A stretch of DNA of 64,000 nucleotides. It comes from Squalus acanthias (taxonomy: Eukaryota). A model generated the notes under the pieces. The model was not told the DNA's origin, searched no databases, and saw nothing but the letters and a program-made list of their open reading frames with translations. This document shows, piece by piece, positions 52,198 to 63,900 of this stretch (its first letter is position 1; each line of letters begins with the position of its first letter). Position numbers and translations under genes: made by a program. The stretch covers positions 50,160,001 to 50,224,000 of the forward strand of contig CM059432.1 in NCBI GenBank assembly GCA_030390025.1, written 5' to 3'.

Positions 52198-53952
52198 TTT
52201 CAAATAAAACTGTTGGACTATAACCTGGTGTTGTGCGACTTCTCACTTTTGTCCACCCCAGTCCAACACCGGCATCTCCGCAACTTGGTTGTAAATCATT
52301 CAAGGAGCAGATCATTTCAATGCAATCAGAGAATGCATTTATAATAAAGTCAACAAATCGTGCCGCTATGCCAGATCGCCAGCACCATTACTTTACAGTC
52401 TAAGTGGCAGCGGTGAGAAACCTGGTGTTAAGTAAGGAAATTTGTGATTGCCGTTGACTTTAATAGGGGTGGAGCTCTGATAACTTCTCGCTGTTTCGGC
52501 AAAAGTCCTAGGAAGTTATTTTGTCGCCTAAGTCACTTATGTGATCATTTCCTCTTTCTTTTGTACTGCAGAATGGGGCACCGTGACAGAGATTGTAACT
52601 CTCCAGGAAACTCTGTTCCAATATTAAAACTAGTTTCCAATTCAAAATAGGGGCAGTTCTTAACCATACTTAGTATAGGTAACACCACTCTGCGATTACA
52701 GAATCACCAGTGTTAAGGAGCATGGCTAATAACTACTATTTGCAGTGAAGTATGCAGACAAACTCTTATCACAGGGTCATCTATCAATGCCCCAACCATT
52801 ATTATAAAGATTTATTACCACATTGAGATCAGCTACTACTTCCAACCACCTGGAATCAAACACCATATTATTATTACAAGGTTGCCTACCATCAGTCCAC
52901 TGGTCTAACAAGATTTACATTACTATATGACACGGCCATCCAGTAGAATACTGCAATTGGACAGTTGCACCACAGCAGCAGTTTGCTGTCAAAGCATGAT
53001 TACAGAACACCAATTCTGCCAGAGAAACTGGTGTGTCACCTTCTCGTTATACTTTTGTTTTCAAAATTAAGGTACTCTGGCGTAGAAATTCAAACGTGCC
53101 CGAATCGGGGCACGAGCCAGGTGCACTGCATGCTGCACGCGTCTAATGAGGCCAGCAGCAGAACCACGGCTAATTGGTCCACCGGCTCATTAGCATACTA
53201 CTGGTGAGCTGCGGGCACCAGTCATGTCCCAGGGGCAGCTCACTGGTCGTGGGGGAATAGTAAGATTGTTCGGCTGGGGCGCTGGCCGAGGGCCTAAGGT
53301 GAGTCCAGGTATAGGGAGGCAATCTGAAATCACGGCGAGTGGTGGCCGTCAGTGGCGTGCGGTTTTAATGTGGAGCTGGGAGGAACACTCTGTTCCTCCT
53401 GGCTCCACATTAATGTAAGTATTTTTTTTAAACCTTTCTTTTTGTTGGCAGCCTCAGGGACCACATACTGTTTTAGGCAGCTGGCAGCTAAAATTACTAG
53501 TTTTGGGGAGGAGGGGCAAAAGCCTGTCAAATTTCTGCTTTCATCGACTGCTAATTCTCACCAGCTATTTCCCACGGGTGTTTAAATCCGATATACGTTT
53601 TAAATCATTTATCTGACATTGGTTGTAGAGCGTTTTGGGACGTCCTGAGATCATGGAAGGCAATTTATAAATGCAAGTTGTGCACATCACAACCCCCTCC
53701 CCCTCCCTTTGCCTTGTCAAGCCTTCTCCATCACATCACTCCTCACACGCACTTACCTTGCAAGCACACCCATCATTCTCTTTCTGTGTACTTCCCCACT
53801 TCCCCATCTGTCCATCCACCACTGCCACTCACCATCATCCTTAAGCAATCTGTTGCCTCTCCCTGATAGTCACCCTCACCAAATGCACTGCATCCATCGG
53901 GTGAACACATGCCATTACAGTCACTCATAGGTCTGCTCTTTCCCCATTGCAG

Positions 53953-55970
53953 GAGAAGAGAGCGCAAAACACAAGGGAGAGAACCGGAGGTGGTCCTCCA
54001 CAGATTTCCCAGTTGACAACTGCAGAGGAGGTAGCACTAGAGATCAGTGGTGTTTCAGCGTCCCAGCTACCTGGTGACAGAATTAAATATCAGCGACCCA
54101 CATGTCATACAACACTCAGTCATGTTGACTTAATTTCAGCAGCGAGTGAAATATGATCATCTTCATAATGCTAAGTTGCAACATTCTTACCTTGGCAGTA
54201 CTAATTCATATTTTTTCTCTCCACCAGGGCCTTCACGCGTACAGCAGCGGTCAGTGGACCTCATGGATGACGAATCCTCAGAGGAGCTGGTTCTTTCTGA
54301 GGGTGCACCGTCCCAGGACTCATGCTTATCATGCACCAGCTCAGATACTCGCATTTCAGTGGGTTTTCACCTGGTGACTCACAGTTCACAAGTGAACAAG
54401 AGCAGATGGTGGTGGCAGGGACAGCTGTGGAGAATCTGCGTCGGAGGGCACGGCCCTCTCCAAGCTCTACTCAGCTGGACACAGATGCTGCACCCCAAGG
54501 GACATTGTGAAATGGATAATCATTGAGGGGCAGCAGAAAATCTACGACATACTGGCAGGCCTTCCATGCACACTGTCCACAATTGCAGAGAAATGGAGGA
54601 GTTCAGCTCAAGCATGAGTGTGTTGATGTCTTCTTCCATGGATGGATTGGCCAACTCTGTGGGTCATTAATCATGGCAATCAAATGAGTCCATGCAGGCC
54701 TTGATCACAGCTGTGCAGATTCTGGATGCCAACAAGTTTGGTGCCTTAATAGGATGTCAGATGTCATAGCAGTGGCCTTACAGCGCGTCACTGATCTGCA
54801 CCAAGCTGCTCTCCAGTGACTGAAGTGTGGCAAAAGGGGATATGGAAGTGGGAACTCTACTCAAAGCGCTCCCACTTCTCACCCGTTGCCTCCCTCTCAG
54901 CCAGTAACCGACATGCTGCCTCCTCTCCCAATGGGCGAGTCTGTCCCTGCACTGGTGGCTGTCTTACGCGGAGCCCTCACGGGCTCCAACACCCAGAGGA
55001 CGTCAGCCAAAAGCATCTCAACAGTCAAAGCAAGCTACCTTTACTTCTGCTGAAGCCACAGGGTTTGCACCACGTAGGAGCAGTAGGAACAGGACGAGAA
55101 GTTCAGGCTTGGGCTGATAATTGGCAAGTAATATTTGCGCCACACAAGTGCCAGGCAATGACTAACTCCAACAAGCGAGAATCTAACCACCGCTCCTTGA
55201 CATTCAACGGCATTACTATCGCCGAATCCCCCACCATCAACATCCTGGGGGTCATCATTGACCAGAAACTTAACTGGACCAGCCACATAAATACTGTGGC
55301 AACAAGAGCAGGTCAGAGGTTGGGTATTCTGCGACGAGTGTCTCACCTCCTGACTCCCCAAAGCCTTTCCTCCATCTACAAGGCACAAATCAGGAGTGTG
55401 ACGGAATACTCTCCACTTGCCTGGATGAGTGCAGCTCCAACAACACTCAAAAAGCTTGACATCATCCAGGACAAAGCAGTCCACTTGATCGACACCCCAT
55501 CCACTACCTTAAACATTCACTCCCTCCACCACCGGCGCACTGTGGCTGCAGTGTGTACCATCTACAAGATGCACTGCAGCAACTTGCCAAGGATTCTTCG
55601 ACAGCACCTCCCAAACCCTCGACCTCTACCACCTAGAAGGACAAGCGCAGCAGGTGCATGGGAACACCATCACCTACATGTTCCCCTCCAAGTCACACAC
55701 CATCCTGACTTGGAAATATATCGCCGATCCTTCATCGTCGCTGGGTCAAAATCCTGGAACTCCCTCCCTAACAGCACTGTGGGAGTACAGTCACCACAGG
55801 GACTGCAGCGGTTCAAGAAGGCAGCTCACCACCACCTTCTCAAGGGCAATTAGGGATGGGCAATAAATTCTGGTCTTGCCAGCAACGCCCACATCCCAAG
55901 AACAAATAAAAAAAGAAAAGCTTTGTAGTTCAACAATGTTATGCACATAGGTGTTTGACAAAATGTTATG
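53953..55970 (+). pseudogene. Harbinger Myb/SANT partner gene remnant (exon 2 onward), interrupted by a LINE
   Basis: ttgcag/EKRAQNTRERTGGGPP, homologous to the exon at 45477; downstream similarity to 45750-46830. Confidence 0.7.
55103..55918 (+). mobile_element. 3' fragment of the single-ORF LINE family
   Basis: QAWADNWQVIFAPHKC, ILGVIIDQKLNW, IYKAQIRS; shared tail plus poly(A). Confidence 0.9.
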
Positions 55971-56568
55971 GTGTTAAATTTCTGTGTTTATTACTTTGCA
56001 CCATTTTCCCCTGTTGCTCATTCTTGGTGGCCAGATGAAAACTCGCCTTTTCAGTTGCTTGTTGATGAATGGGAAGACATGAATTGACAGGGACCAATAG
56101 GGGAATGTGCAATGGGTTGTTGGTTGTTTGCAGGAGTGCAAGTGGGATTGGGGTGGGGTACGGGGAAGGAGAGTGACCATTGGATGTGATTGTTACCTCA
56201 GTCCAGTGGTAGTGACTAAATGAACCTTACAGCTATAAGGGAATCTCTTGCACCCCGGGCAGCAATGTAAGTGACTGATGCTGTGTTGGTGGTGCTACCT
56301 TCATCCTCCACCTCCTCCTTGTCCTCTTCATTGGAATCATCTGCAGACAATGTGTGCTGAGCGCCTTGTTTCCCCTGCAGCTCCAATCCTCGCTGCTGCA
56401 AAATGTTGGGCAGAGCGCAACACACCACGACCATTCTGGAGACCCTGGCTGGTGAGTACTGAACAGTGCCTCCAGATCGGTCCAGGCAGCTGAAGTGCAT
56501 CTTGAGCATGCTGATCGCTTTCTCAATGACACATCTGGTAGTCATATGGCTGTTGTTTAGCGCTCTTG

Positions 56569-57463
56569 GGGGTAGAAATTAGGTCGCGCCCCATTTGGGG
56601 CGCAAATATCGTCCGGACGCAAATATTAGCGCCTGGCGCTAATTATCAGCACTGACGGGAAACTTCACTTTTACCGCCCCGGGAGGTGAGTGGAGCGCTA
56701 AAGCAGGCGCTGCACACCTCTCTTAAGGCGCAAAGGCCGAGCAGTGAGGCGCTAACTCGGAGCGCTGGCGAAGCTCATGTAATGTCAGTCAGCAATGGAA
56801 CACACACACAATGGCACGGGCCAGTTCTTAAAGGGGATGGTTAATCTTGCTTTCCATCCACATCCTGTTCATTGCTGCCTTGAATCTCGGCCTGGAGAGA
56901 CTTGCACATCAAATGTGCTGGAAAGAACAATGGAGAGCACCAGGCAAAGAGCTCAGAGTGCAGCTCCCACGGTCTCTGCTAAATCGATACAAGGAATGGC
57001 AAATCAAAATGAACCTGCAAAGTGCTGCTCAGTACCCAAAACTCCTTCACACAACGTTGAATCTCTCCAGAAGTCTCTCCCTCTCTCTCTCAGAATGCGT
57101 AGTTCAAAAATGCCACCAACAATAAAAGACAGGAAGAGGCCCCCTTTAAATAGCGCCCCCCCCCCAGCCCCACAGCGATTGATAGCGTTCCAGTCTTCTG
57201 GTCGTTGGAAGCGCCAGGTGGTAAGGCAGGGGGCGCCACTCAATTTCCGCTACGGGGCGCCCCAAGGGCATTGCACCATGGAATGACGTCACAATCTGCG
57301 CGCGCAGGTGGTCGCAGCGGTAAGTTTTAGCGCCGCCGCACAATCTCAAGTTAAGTTCTCGAGCGGCGCAAACATCGCTGCGCCCGGGCGTTAGCGGCTT
57401 TGCGCCCCATTAGCGCCCTCTTAAGGCGCTAACGGGTGGCGCAACCAAGTGAATTTTTACCCC
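56569..57463. mobile_element. Harbinger MITE nested in a Harbinger transposase
   Basis: TIR GGGGTAGAAATT / AATTTTTACCCC; TTG TSD; dense AGCGCC/GGCGC motifs. Confidence 0.85.
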
Positions 57464-58226
57464 TTGAGCTTCAGGTGGTCATGAAAGGCGTTATATAAAT
57501 GCAAGTCTTTCTTTTATTGGTGGGATCCCTCAAGGGAGCCATCAGCCAAGTTTGAAGGGAGTATCCTTTGTCTTCTAACAGCCATCCCTTAACTCTGCTT
57601 GCAGGTCCAAAGAGGTCAGGGAGCTTAGACTGCCACAGGATGAAAGCATCATAGCAGCTCCTCAGGAATCTGGCACACACCTGCACGAACCTTTTCTTGT
57701 GGTTGCACACCAGCTGAACATCGATCGAATGGAATCTCTTGTAGTTGATGAATACTCCTGGTTAATCTGGTGGTAGGCAGATTGCCACGTGTGTGCAGTC
57801 GATGACGCCCGGCACCTGTGGCAAGCCAGCCAGAGACGTAAACCCGAGCGCCCACTCATTCTGACTGGTATCATTACAGGCAAAATTAACATAATTGTCG
57901 GCTCTGGCAAACAATTCATCCGTCACCTGCCTTATGCATTTATGTGCAACTGACTGGGAGATCTTGGATATGTATCCGGTAGCATCTTCGAGGGATCCAG
58001 AAGCAAAAAATTTGAGGGCGATGTTCACTTTCCCAGCCACTAGTAATGCATGGCCATCAGGTCCAGCAGGGAGCAGGTCTTCTTCTAGGAAGCCGCAGAT
58101 GTCTGCCTCCACTTGACGTGACAATCTCAGCCTCCAGAAGCACTGCTCTTCTGCGAGGTCAAGAAAGCTGAACCTCTGCCTATACACGCTGTTGCATGGG
58201 TAGTGCCTCCTGCAACCTGGACCTCT

Positions 58227-58442
58227 CTGCTGGTGCTCCCTTCCCTCCTGGTGCTCCCCTCCCTGCTGGTGCTCCCTTCCCTCCTGGTGCTCCCCTCCCT
58301 GCTGGTGCTCCCCTCCCTGCTGGTGCTCCCCTCCCTGCTGGTGCTCCCCTCCCTGCTGGTGCTCCCCTCCCTGCTGGTGCTCCCCTCCCTGCTGGTGCTC
58401 CCCTCCCTGCTGGTGCTCCCCTCCCTGCTGGTGCTCCCCTCC
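58227..58442. repeat. 18-bp tandem repeat x12 (CTGCTGGTGCTCCCCTCC)
   Basis: Encodes (GGEHQQ)n in the transposase N-terminus; variant units are themselves duplicated. Confidence 0.95.
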
Positions 58443-59024
58443 CTGCTGCTCCCCTCTCTGTTGCTCCCTTCTCTGTTGACCAGCTACAGGTCTCTCCACA
58501 GCAGGCTGCTGCTTCTGCTGATGGTCATCTTGCTCCTCACCCAAGGTCCAATCTAAGGCAGCCATGGCGCCCCCCGTCCTGATCTTGTGAGTCTCAACAC
58601 CTCCAAAGTGCACAAAGTAGCCTCTCAACACAAGTACTCTCAACAAACCCTTTCCCAGTGGGAGGCAAGAAAGCAGCTGTGAGCACTTAGTATTTATTGA
58701 TGTCCGTATTCGTGACATTTAATTAGCCTGTGGCGGATCGCCACCTAAAACGGGCATAATCCACTCTTCCGTCTGTGGACAAATTTCCAGCACCTTCCCT
58801 TTAAGGCACCTTACCTTTAAGGCAGAAGGGGGCGGGGCCTCATGTTTTACCCAGAGAATTCTGGGAGCTTTTCAGTCTGCCATAGTGTGCCATGCTGTGA
58901 TTAAAAAGTCTCTTGTTTAACACAAATGGATTCAGCCTTAATTCGTGTTTTGCGGCAGCCTCAACAAGCCCCATGAACTGCCGTACAATCTTCTCGCCTT
59001 CCTTTCAATGGCAAGTTTCAAGAA

Positions 59025-59224
59025 TTGAGAGGTCGCACAACACCAGGTTATAGTCCAACAGTTTTATTTGAAATCACAAGCTTTCGGAGCTATCGCTCCT
59101 TCCTCAGGTGAAGGAGCGATAGCTCCGAAAGCTTGTGATTTCAAATAAAACTGTTGGACTATAACCTGGTGTTGTGCGACCTCTCAATTTTGTCCACCCC
59201 AGTCCAACACCGGCATCTCCGCAT
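59025..59224. mobile_element. Minimal palindromic Penelope insertion
   Basis: Perfect 80-bp inverted arms at 59023-59102 and 59110-59189, a 35-nt tail, and a 13-bp TSD CAAGTTTCAAGAA (59012-59024 and 59225-59237). Confidence 0.92.
59074..59111 (-). ncRNA. Minimal hammerhead motif
   Basis: Minus strand: tcac CTGAGGA a ggagc-gata-gctcc GAAA gc tt gtga. Confidence 0.78.
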
Positions 59225-60315
59225 CAAGTTTCAAGAAGCCCGGGAAACCTGTACATGTGATGTTAAATTTAAATGCCGGTCAAAATCTCGTCAAAAGTGG
59301 CTCATTTCACTATTATAAGCAGTAACCCGTCTCTCTGGAGAGGGTTACACACACACGTCGAAACGTGCCTGAGTTAAACCCAAAAGTCGGAGCCGGCTTC
59401 CGGATGCGTTGACATTTTTACCGATTTTAACAACCGTCCCGAACCCCAAATATGTGCTCTTTACTATTAAAACTCCCTACATGTCTATTGTAGAAGACAG
59501 TTGAGAGTGGATTCTTGAAATGTGGATCATTATGGCTTTCTAGACATGGTTCTCATTAGTTTCAATGTTGAGATAACTTCTCGAGTCTGACATTTTTAGA
59601 ATGACACTGTACAGTGAATACTCTCGAGGCACACATAATAAATATTAGCTTGAACAAAACAACAACCAGGAAGTTAAGAGGAAAAGATCTCCTTAGTACC
59701 CAGCCAGAATAAAAAAATATATTTTTTGCCAATTTTTAATAGGCCTTTAGAATGTCAAGCTACTAGTCCAAACATGCCAAAGTTTGTGAGTAATCATGAG
59801 GAATATAGAAATTAATCCTAGGAATTAATCTTGAATATTTTCCAATTTGTATCTGCTTAAGGGTAAATCAATTAATTATTCATTGTGTCACTATGATCAA
59901 GGAATTCCTAAGAAACTTTAAATTCCTGCCCAATGGGCAACAGCTGTCCATTTGTGCAGCTATGTATAATAGATTAAAGCAGTCAGAAATACTCAATGGC
60001 AGCTCTGTAGTGTTTACCACAGGAATCTGGAATGTTTAATTCATTCCCAGTTCATGTGAAATAAATAAAAAGCCAAGGCACAACAACAAAATCATTAAAC
60101 TATGGACAATCCGCTCAATGTACCTTGAATGGTGTTGATGACAGAATATGCATTAAGATGTGACTGAATTACATTCATTAGAGAGGCTGATAAAGCAGCA
60201 AGATAAAGGGAATTTGTACATCTAGTACAATCTGGCTTATTGTCAAGGAGCTATGTAACTAATTGTAAATTAATTGTTGTGGTATGAGGCTTAAAAACTT
60301 ATTGATATAATTAAT

Positions 60316-60433
60316 GGGCTGTATTTCCGATCGGAGGCTTCCTGCGTGCGGAGGCCTCCTGACAGATCGGAAATGCCGGTTTTCAGCGCATGCGTTTCGC
60401 GTACACACCTGCAGGGATCGGAATATCCGGCCC
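60316..60433. mobile_element. 118-bp Harbinger-type MITE
   Basis: TIR GGGCTGTATTTCCGATC / GATCGGAATATCCGGCCC; AAT TSD. Confidence 0.8.
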
Positions 60434-60889
60434 AATGTTGCTCAGGAGGCCTCACTTCAGTGAATAGAGGAACTCGAGCACAGTTTTGTGGTTACACAAT
60501 GTAAGATGCAAGTTGAACAGAGGCACTAACCTGAATGTTTATAGAGTGTGTCACTATTTACCATTGCCAACATACTAGTTGAAAAATGTCCTTTATTTTT
60601 GGTTGGGTGTGGAAGAAAAAGGAAGTAATCAGTAACATTTTGAGAGTAAAGTATCAGGTGGAAGTTGCAGCCAAGGTAGCCAAAATTCAGAACAATAATT
60701 TGACCACTTGGAACTTAAAGTACAAAGTACTTCACAAAATTTATAAAACTTGTTTTATTTTTTTTAAGTCTCAATTTTATGCCTTTGCACAAAAACTTTA
60801 GTGTCATTCACCTAATGAAAATATACACTAAAGAGGTAAACAAAAACCTGAAAACTTCATTAAACAATGATTTTTTTATACCAAATTAG

Positions 60890-60980
60890 GGGTACGGTAG
60901 CATAGTGGTTATGTTACTGGACTAGTAATCCAGAGGCCTGGACTAATGATCCAGAGCGATAAGTTCAAATCCCACCACGG
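60890..60980 (+). promoter_or_regulatory. Pol III type-2 internal promoter-like A/B boxes
   Basis: TAGCATAGTGG (60898-60908) and GTTCAAATC (60963-60971); the same boxes occur in the 15888 copy. Confidence 0.7.
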
Positions 60981-63900
60981 CAGCTGTGGAATTAAATTTG
61001 ATGAATTAATTAAATCTGGAATAAAAAAACGCTAATATCAGTAATGGTGACCATGAAACTACCGGATTGTCATAAAAACTCATCTGGTTCACTAATGTCC
61101 TTTAGAGAAGGAAATCTGCCACCCTTGCCCGGTCTGGCCTATATGAGACTCCAGACCCACAGCAATGTGGTTCACTCCTAATTGCCCTCTGAAATTGCCT
61201 AGCAAGCCACTCAGTTGTACCAAGAAGTATACAAAGAATAAAACTGGACGGATCACCCGGCATTGACCTGGGCACCGGACACGACAAAGGCACAGCCAGC
61301 CCAGTCGACCCTGCAAAGTCCTCCTCACTAGCATCTGGGGACTTGTGCCAAAATTGGGAGAGCTGTCCCACAGATTAGTCAAGCAACAGCCTGACTTAGT
61401 GATATTCACAGAATCATACCTTTCAGCCAACATCCCTGACTCCTCCATCACCATCCCTGGGTATGTTCTGTCCCACCGGAAGAACAGAGGTGGCGGCACA
61501 GTGGCATACAGTCGGGAGGGAGTGGCCCTGAGAGTCCTCAACATTGACTCGAAACCCCATGAAGTCTTATGGCATCAGGTAAAATATGAGCAAGGAAACC
61601 TCCTGCTGATTACCACCTACCGCCCTCCCGTAGCTGATGAATCAGTACTCCTCCAAGTTGAACATCACTTAGAAGAAGCACTGAGGGTAGCAAGGGCACA
61701 AACATACTCTGGGTGGGGGACTTCAATGTCCATCACCAAGAGTGGCTCACTAGTACCACTGCTGACCGAGCTAGCCGAGCCCTGAAGGACATACCTGCCA
61801 GTCTGGGCCTGCAGCAGGGGGTGAGAGAACCAACAAGAGGGAAAAACCTACTTGATGAAATTCCCACCTAGCTACCTGTAGCAGATACATCTGTCCATGA
61901 CAGTATTGGTAGGAGTAACCACCGAACAGTCCTTGTGGAGACAAAGTCCCGTCTTCAAACTGAGGACACCCTCCATCATGTTGTGTGGCACTACCACCGT
62001 GCTAAATGGGATAGATTGAGAGCAGGTCTAGCAGCTCAAAACTGGGCATCAATGAGGTGCTGTGGGCCATCAGCAGCAGCAGAATTGTATTCCGCCACAA
62101 TCTGTAACTCTACCATTACCATCAAGCCAGGGGACCAACCCTGGTTCAATGAGGAGTGCAGAAGAGCATGCCAGGAGCAGCACCTAGCATACCTAAAAAT
62201 GAGGTGCCAACCTGGTGAAGCTACAACACAGGACTACATACATGTAAAACAGCAGAAGCAGCATGATATTGACATAGCTAAGCGATCCCACAACCAACTG
62301 ATAAGGTCAAAGCTCTGCAGTCTTGCCACATCCAGTCGTGAATGGTGGTGGACAATTAAACAATTAACAGGAGGAGAAGGCTCCATGAATATCTCCATCT
62401 TCAATGATGGCAGAGCCCAGCACGTGAGTGCAAAAGCCAAGGCTGAAGCGTTTGCAACCATCTTCAGCTAGAAGTGCCGAATGCATGATCCATCTAGGCC
62501 TCCCCCGGAGGTCCCCACCATCACAGAAGCCAGTCTTCAGCCAATTCGATATACTCCACGTGATATCAAGAAATGGCTGAGCACACTGGATACAGCAAAG
62601 ACAATGGGCCCTGACAACATCCCGGCTGTCGTGCTGAAGAATTGTGCTCCAGAACTAGCCCCACTTCTAGCCAAGCTGTTCCAGTACAGCTACAACACTG
62701 GTATTTAACCGACAATGTGGAAAACTGCCCTAGTATGTCCTTTCCACAAAAAGCAGGACAAATCCAATCCAGCCAATTAACACCCCATCAGTCTACTCTC
62801 AATCATCAACAAAGTGATGGAAGGTGTTGTCGACAGTGCTATCAAGCAGCACTTACTCACCAATTACCTGCTCACTGATGCTCAGTTTGAGTTCTGCCAG
62901 GACCACTCAGCTCCAGACGTCATTACAGCCTTAGTGCAAACATGGACAAAAGAGCTGAATTCCAGAGGTGAGGTGAGAGTGACTGCCCTTGACATCAAGG
63001 CAGCATTTGACCGAGTGTGGCATCGAGGAGTCCTAGTAAAACTGAAGTCAATGGGAATCAGGGGGAAAATGCTCCACCGGCTGGAGTCATACCTAGATTG
63101 TTGTTGTTGGAGGCCAATCATTTCAGCCTCAAGACATTGCTGCAGAAGTTCCTCAGGGCAGTATCCTAGTCCCAACCATTTTCATCTGCTTCATCAATGA
63201 CCTTCCCTCCATCATCAGGTCAGAAGTGGGGATGTTCGCTGTTGTTCAGTTCCAATCGCAACTCCTCAGATAATGAAGCAGTCAGTGCCCACATGCAGCA
63301 AGACCTAGACGACATTCAGGCTTGGGCAAGTAACATTCACGCCACACAAGTATTAGGCAATGACTATCTCCAACAAGAGAGAGTCTAACCACCACCCCTT
63401 GACATTCAAAAGCATTACCATCAATGAATCCCCCACCATCAACATCCTGGGGGTCACCATTTAGCATAAAATTAACTGGACCAGCCACATAAATACTGTG
63501 GCTACAAAAGCAGGTCAGAGGCTGGGTATTCTGTGGTGAGTGACTCACCTCCGAGTCCTGACGCCCCAAAGCCTTTCCGCCATCTATGAGGCACAAGACA
63601 GGAGTGTGATGGAATACTCTCCACTTGCCTGGATGAGTGCATCTCCAACAACACTCAGGAAACACCCAGGACAAAGCAGCCCGCTTGATTGGCATTTGGC
63701 ATCCCATCCACCACCTTAAACATTCACTCCCTCCACCACCGGCGCACCGTGGCTGAAGTGTGCACCATCTACAAGATGCACTGCAGCAACTCGCCAAGGC
63801 TTCTTCGACAGCACCTCACAAACCCGCAACCTTTACCACCTAAAAGGACAAGGGCAGCAGGCGCATGGGAACACCACCACCTCCAAGTCACACATCATCC

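Larger units (their letters stand above)
51044..52282 (+). mobile_element. Penelope insertion with ~200-bp inverted pLTR arms and an intact GIY-YIG C-terminus
   Basis: 13-bp TSD ACTTGGTTGTAAA (51031-51043 and 52283-52295); arms 51043-51243 and 52049-52250; PCHGNLCKTC, VVYLIRC..WYIGET (51244-51841). Confidence 0.93.
56216..58565 (-). pseudogene. Harbinger DDE transposase with MITE and L2-tail insertions
   Basis: [62 protein letters not shown] at 58565. Confidence 0.9.

Noticed and set aside
52545..52620. Plus-strand splice acceptor (ttcctctttcttttgtactgcag) as an exon
   Set aside because: No convincing donor or coding signal follows, and it is on the opposite strand to the better exon candidate.
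54816..55853. 345-aa ORF as a novel gene
   Set aside because: Chance read-through from the Harbinger partner remnant into an inserted LINE 3' fragment at ~55103.
58196..58582. (PAGAPL)n and (LLVLPS)n ORFs, or a CRISPR array
   Set aside because: These are antisense readings of the 18-bp minisatellite; there are no unique spacers and no cas genes.
60890..60980. tRNA gene (also at 15888)
   Set aside because: A/B spacing is extended, no clean cloverleaf forms, and it continues into the SINE/LINE body.
61250..61345. HDV-like ribozyme upstream of the LINE ORF
   Set aside because: I could not assign the nested double pseudoknot by eye.
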